Shown piece after piece: positions 50,098 to 53,467 of a DNA stretch of 53,467 bases; positions within the stretch are counted from its first letter, which is position 1; the number at the start of each line of letters is the position of its first letter. Source of the stretch: Candidatus Omnitrophica bacterium CG11_big_fil_rev_8_21_14_0_20_64_10 (GTDB lineage: Bacteria; Omnitrophota; Gorgyraeia; 1-14-0-20-64-10); the NCBI GenBank assembly GCA_002787095.1, contig PCVW01000063.1, forward strand, positions 15,608 through 69,074, in the 5' to 3' direction. The notes beneath the pieces were generated by a model, which was not told where the DNA came from, made no database searches, and saw only the letters and a list, made by a program, of their open reading frames with translations. Both the position numbers and the translations under genes were made by a program.

Positions 50098-52230
50098 TTA
50101 GGCCGATTCGGGGAGAGCCGAGACGGTTTGCATGAAGCTTTCGAAACCGGACCGGGCGGCGATCGCGGCCTCCTCCAGACCGGTCGCCTCCGAAAGAAGC
50201 GCCAGCAAAAGCCCCCGGAAATCAGGCCGGGCCGGGTCCACCAGACTGACATCAATCCCCCGCGCCCCGGCCGACTCGGAAAACTGTTCCCGCTCCCGGG
50301 GAAGCCCCACATAAACCAATCGCTTGGCCCCCGACCGGGCCAACCGCTCCAGAAGGGCCCCGGAATCTTCCTCCGGCTCCAAGAAGATCCCCCGCCCCTC
50401 CAACCCTCTCAGATTCTCCAGTTCCGGGTAGACCGAGCGGACCGCCGAGCCGATCACGATCGGGGCCGGCGCATCCACCCCGGTAAACAGCTCCCCCAAG
50501 AAGGTGTCCGCCACCCCATCCGACCGGGCCGCGACAGGCCCGACCGCCTGAGGGGCCGCGGCGTACTCCAACCCGGCTGCCCGCGGACGGAGACGGAAAT
50601 CCACCTCCAAACTGTCCTCATCCGGATGGATGACAACCGATTGGAGCGCCTCGGCGGCAAGCTCACCGGGCAAACTGCCTCGGACCTGGCGAAGCTGGAT
50701 CGCCAACATGGCCCCGGCAAACGGCTCATCCTCGTCGGCCGGAGTGCCGTTTCGGAGAGCTCCCTGAACACTGTGGACCAAAGTGGTCATGCCGGCCCGG
50801 CGGGCGGCGATGGAATACAGCTTCAGGAGGCGGAGGGTGTATTCCAGGACCGTCTCCTCCGGGAAATAGATCGGAGCCACCTCCAGGATCTCCCGGTCCA
50901 ATCGCTGGAGCGCCACCTCGACGGGATAGGCCTCCATCCCCTCAGGCGCCGGAGCGCCGAAGGCCACATGATCTATCGCCATGTCCTCAAATGAAACGGA
51001 AATAGCCCACTGGGAAGCGGGGTCCAACGCATCCCCGGTCAAGGCGGAGACCGTTTCCTCGATCTCGGCGGCAATCGCGGGAACATCCCGGCTGTCCATC
51101 CCCTCCAGCGTCACCAGCGCCGTCCTGCCGTCCGGCAGCCGGAGGGTCAGACCCGTCTCCGCCGCGCCGTGTTCCGTGGTCACCTCCTTCAGGAACTCCG
51201 CCAGATCGGTCAACATGGTTTCGGTCGGCTCCAGCATCGCAATCGCTTCCAGCCCGCCGGCGGGCTCCTTCGGGGCCAGCCCTTTTAAATCTTCAAAAAG
51301 GTACCGCGCGATCGTTTGCAACTGTTGCTGGGTCGGCGGCTCCCGGTGTATTCCGAACATCGGGCGCTCCAGAATCGAACTGGGAACGGACCCATAGAAC
51401 TGATCGAATCCCTCCTCCATGCCAAGCTCCGTCCGAATTTGGTTCAAGATCGTGTACTGAACAACATGGCTCCATTCATGGCCTTCCGCTGATCTTCGGG
51501 TCTTGAGCATCACCGCGTAATAGGCGGTAAACCCAACCCCCATGAAAACGGCCCCATCCAGTCCCACCACCAGGCTGGATACGGCCCAGGGAAGCAGGTA
51601 GGTCGGATAAAGATGGCTGTTGGGACTGTATTCAACCACAACCCCGTCAGGCGACTCCACCGGCTTCACATTGGGCACATCAAACTGCAGGGCCATCATC
51701 AGGAGCTTGGAGAGGAACCCCCCCCCTTCCCCCAAAGCATATGGGGGTTTTCCGGCCCGAATCAGCCTGAAGATATTCGAGAGGACCGCCTTGGCATCCC
51801 CGAAATGGCGCTGATTGAAAGCAATCAGACCGTAGGACTTCTGCTCCACCGAGACATCCCACTCAGCCGCAAAATCGGTCACGAACCGCTCGTAGGCGGA
51901 AACGCGGTCCGCGAGCGTCGTGCCGGCGGTATCCGGCCTCTGCCAATCTGACAAGCGAGCCATCACCCTCGCCTCAATCTCACCCATCCGAGGATCGTTG
52001 AAAACGGCCGGGTCAGCCTCCAATCCCCCGGCCGCCAAAGAAAATGGGGTTCCCCGACCTGGATTGACCGAGCGGCCGCCCATCAAAGCGGCGCTCAGCT
52101 CCGCCTCCAGCCCGGACTCCACAGGCGCAGTGGAGCGCAGGGCCCAAGCCGGCGGCGCCGGCAACAGACCGACACTTAGCCAAAGCCCCAGAAAAGCGGC
52201 AACGGGTTTCCCCTGTTGGAGTTTCGTCAT
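50098..52230 (-). CDS. Hypothetical exported protein (~710 aa) with HEXXH zinc-metalloprotease motif
   Basis: I prefer ATG 52230 (MTKLQQGKPVAAFLGLWLSVGLLPAPPAWA, signal-like). The track start at 52278 is TTG in AT-rich DNA. HEWSH is encoded at 51466-51480 (checked codon by codon) and follows a hydrophobic stretch. Confidence 0.6.
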   Translation of the reverse strand: MTKLQQGKPVAAFLGLWLSVGLLPAPPAWALRSTAPVESGLEAELSAALMGGRSVNPGRGTPFSLAAGGLEADPAVFNDPRMGEIEARVMARLSDWQRPDTAGTTLADRVSAYERFVTDFAAEWDVSVEQKSYGLIAFNQRHFGDAKAVLSNIFRLIRAGKPPYALGEGGGFLSKLLMMALQFDVPNVKPVESPDGVVVEYSPNSHLYPTYLLPWAVSSLVVGLDGAVFMGVGFTAYYAVMLKTRRSAEGHEWSHVVQYTILNQIRTELGMEEGFDQFYGSVPSSILERPMFGIHREPPTQQQLQTIARYLFEDLKGLAPKEPAGGLEAIAMLEPTETMLTDLAEFLKEVTTEHGAAETGLTLRLPDGRTALVTLEGMDSRDVPAIAAEIEETVSALTGDALDPASQWAISVSFEDMAIDHVAFGAPAPEGMEAYPVEVALQRLDREILEVAPIYFPEETVLEYTLRLLKLYSIAARRAGMTTLVHSVQGALRNGTPADEDEPFAGAMLAIQLRQVRGSLPGELAAEALQSVVIHPDEDSLEVDFRLRPRAAGLEYAAAPQAVGPVAARSDGVADTFLGELFTGVDAPAPIVIGSAVRSVYPELENLRGLEGRGIFLEPEEDSGALLERLARSGAKRLVYVGLPREREQFSESAGARGIDVSLVDPARPDFRGLLLALLSEATGLEEAAIAARSGFESFMQTVSALPESA

Positions 52231-52296
52231 GGGCACACCAAGTATGGCCGATCCGGAGGGGAATTTCAAAATAATCAATTATAGATTTCGTTACTA

Positions 52297-52671
52297 CTAA
52301 TCTCCGTCGGCGTCGAAGGCGCCGGGGATCAGGCGGACGGCCGGCGGTTGATCCTCAGCCAGCGTCACCGCCGCCACATCAAAACGGACCGGCGCCTCGG
52401 AAAGCCCCCGGGCGGCCAACCATCGCGCCGCCAGCTGGACCAACTGGCGCCGCTTGCCGGCCGAGAGATGTTCCTCCGGCGGCACGGCGGCTCCGACCGG
52501 AGCCGATTTCACCTCCACAAAGCAGATGAATCCCCCCTGCCGGGCGATCAGGTCCACCTCCCCGCGGCCCACCCGAACATTCCGCTCCAGGATCCGGTAG
52601 CCGGATCGGGTCAGAAACCGGGCGGCCGCCTCCTCCCCCCTGCGGCCCAATGCGCTCCGGGAACCGGTCAT
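52297..52671 (-). CDS. yraN: YraN family endonuclease (UPF0102)
   Basis: 124 aa. Contains GRRGEEAAARFLTRSGYRILERNVRVGRGEVDLIA...FVEVK. Its ATG overlaps the rnhB stop. Confidence 0.85.
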   Translation of the reverse strand: MTGSRSALGRRGEEAAARFLTRSGYRILERNVRVGRGEVDLIARQGGFICFVEVKSAPVGAAVPPEEHLSAGKRRQLVQLAARWLAARGLSEAPVRFDVAAVTLAEDQPPAVRLIPGAFDADGD

Positions 52672-53297
52672 CGCAGCGGTTCAAAACTGTAGCGGTGAAA
52701 CGGAGAGGGGCCGATCGTCTTGAGAAGCTTCAGATGCTCGGCGGTGCCGTACCCCTTGTGCCGCTCGAAGCGGTACTCGGGCACCAGCCGATGGAGACGC
52801 TCCATCAGCCGGTCCCGGGTCACCTTGGCGACCACCGAAGCGGCGGCGATCACCAGCGACCGGCCGTCCCCCTGAACCAGCGGCTGCGCGGGGAATGGGA
52901 GACCGGGCGGCAGGCGGTTGCCGTCCACCAGGGCCAGCTTGGGAAGGATCGAAAGACGACCGGCGGCCCGGCGCATCGCCAGCCCCCAAGCAGCTTCAAT
53001 CCCCAGGCGGTCGATCTCCTCCGGCAGGGCCACGCCGATCCCGACCGCCGCCTGGCGGAGGATCGCCCCACAGGCCGCGACCCGGGCGGAAGGGGTCATC
53101 TTCTTGGAGTCGTTGACGGGAAGCGTAAAACGGGAATTGTAGAGGACGACTGCGGAAACGACGATCGGTCCGGCGAGCGGGCCGCGACCGGCCTCATCCA
53201 GGCCGGCCAACTCACGAAGTTTAAGCTTGTGCCGGTGCCTCAGCTGCCGGTCGAACGCGGGCAGCGCCTGAGGCAGGGGTGTTGGTTTCCTCAACAC
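52668..53297 (-). CDS. rnhB: Ribonuclease HII
   Basis: Contains [16 protein letters not shown] and KGYGT. The track start at 53297 is GTG and overlaps rplS by 77 nt. A TTG at 53210 just before AGLDEAG would remove the overlap. Confidence 0.85.
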   Translation of the reverse strand: MLRKPTPLPQALPAFDRQLRHRHKLKLRELAGLDEAGRGPLAGPIVVSAVVLYNSRFTLPVNDSKKMTPSARVAACGAILRQAAVGIGVALPEEIDRLGIEAAWGLAMRRAAGRLSILPKLALVDGNRLPPGLPFPAQPLVQGDGRSLVIAAASVVAKVTRDRLMERLHRLVPEYRFERHKGYGTAEHLKLLKTIGPSPFHRYSFEPLR

Positions 53298-53467
53298 GCT
53301 CCTGAATGCGGCCCCCTTTACCGACCTTCTTGCGCAGGTAATACAGCTTGGCCCGGCGAACCTCCCCGCGGCGCACCACCATCAGCTTCTCGATCAGCGG
53401 CGAATGGAGCATGAAAGTCCGCTCCACCCCCTCACCGAAGCTGGTCCGGCGCACGGAGAAGGTCTCG
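53221..53467 (-). CDS. rplS: 50S ribosomal protein bL19, C-terminal part (N-terminus beyond window)
   Basis: The frame stays open to the window edge: [45 protein letters not shown], then a ~35-aa tail. The M in the track is an internal GTG. Confidence 0.85.
   Translation of the reverse strand, partial: ETFSVRRTSFGEGVERTFMLHSPLIEKLMVVRRGEVRRAKLYYLRKKVGKGGRIQERVEETNTPASGAARVRPAAEAPAQA

Noticed and set aside
52291-52299. Triple in-frame stop TAG TAG TAA at the end of yraN
   Set aside because: It is real in the sequence, but it lies in the AT-rich spacer upstream of the next gene and is most simply coincidental. There is no evidence of read-through control.

Overview
GC-rich bacterial chromosomal segment. 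Every gene I can support (65 CDS, 6 tRNAs) lies on the minus strand. The core (about nt 3692-36540) is an almost gap-free gene-expression cluster: sigma70-type promoter, tRNA-Thr, tuf, tRNA-Trp, secE-nusG-rplKAJL-rpoBC-rpsLG-fusA, then the S10/spc/alpha ribosomal genes to rplQ, running straight into aspC and icd. Low-coordinate flank: a partial LPLAT acyltransferase, a GT28 glycolipid synthase, an AlaC-like aminotransferase and lipA. High-coordinate flank: tRNA-Thr/Tyr/Gly, nnrD-acpS-pdxJ-folP-ftsH, tilS, tRNA(CAU), mnmA-panB-folD-fchA-fhs (folate/C1), yraN-rnhB and partial rplS. I saw no CRISPR array, transposase, integrase or phage gene. Non-housekeeping content is three orphan exported or membrane proteins (185, 515 and about 710 aa); the last carries an HEWSH zinc-protease motif. 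Most unusual observations: (1) bL17 has an ~80-aa basic C-terminal tail ending in a MinD-like amphipathic membrane-targeting motif. (2) A protein gene sits inside the conserved tRNA operon and takes its stop codon from inside tRNA-Gly. (3) Decayed tandem copies of the tRNA-Trp 3' half lie between tRNA-Trp and secE. (4) Canonical TATAAT boxes are placed so that two operons would be leaderless or nearly so. (5) The usual leaders and attenuators of the ribosomal/RNAP operons have no room to exist. Several ORF-track entries are 5'-over-extended because the track accepts GTG/TTG starts; I trimmed them where a start/stop junction with the upstream gene supports it. All product calls rest on motifs I recognise by eye plus synteny. 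No searches were run.
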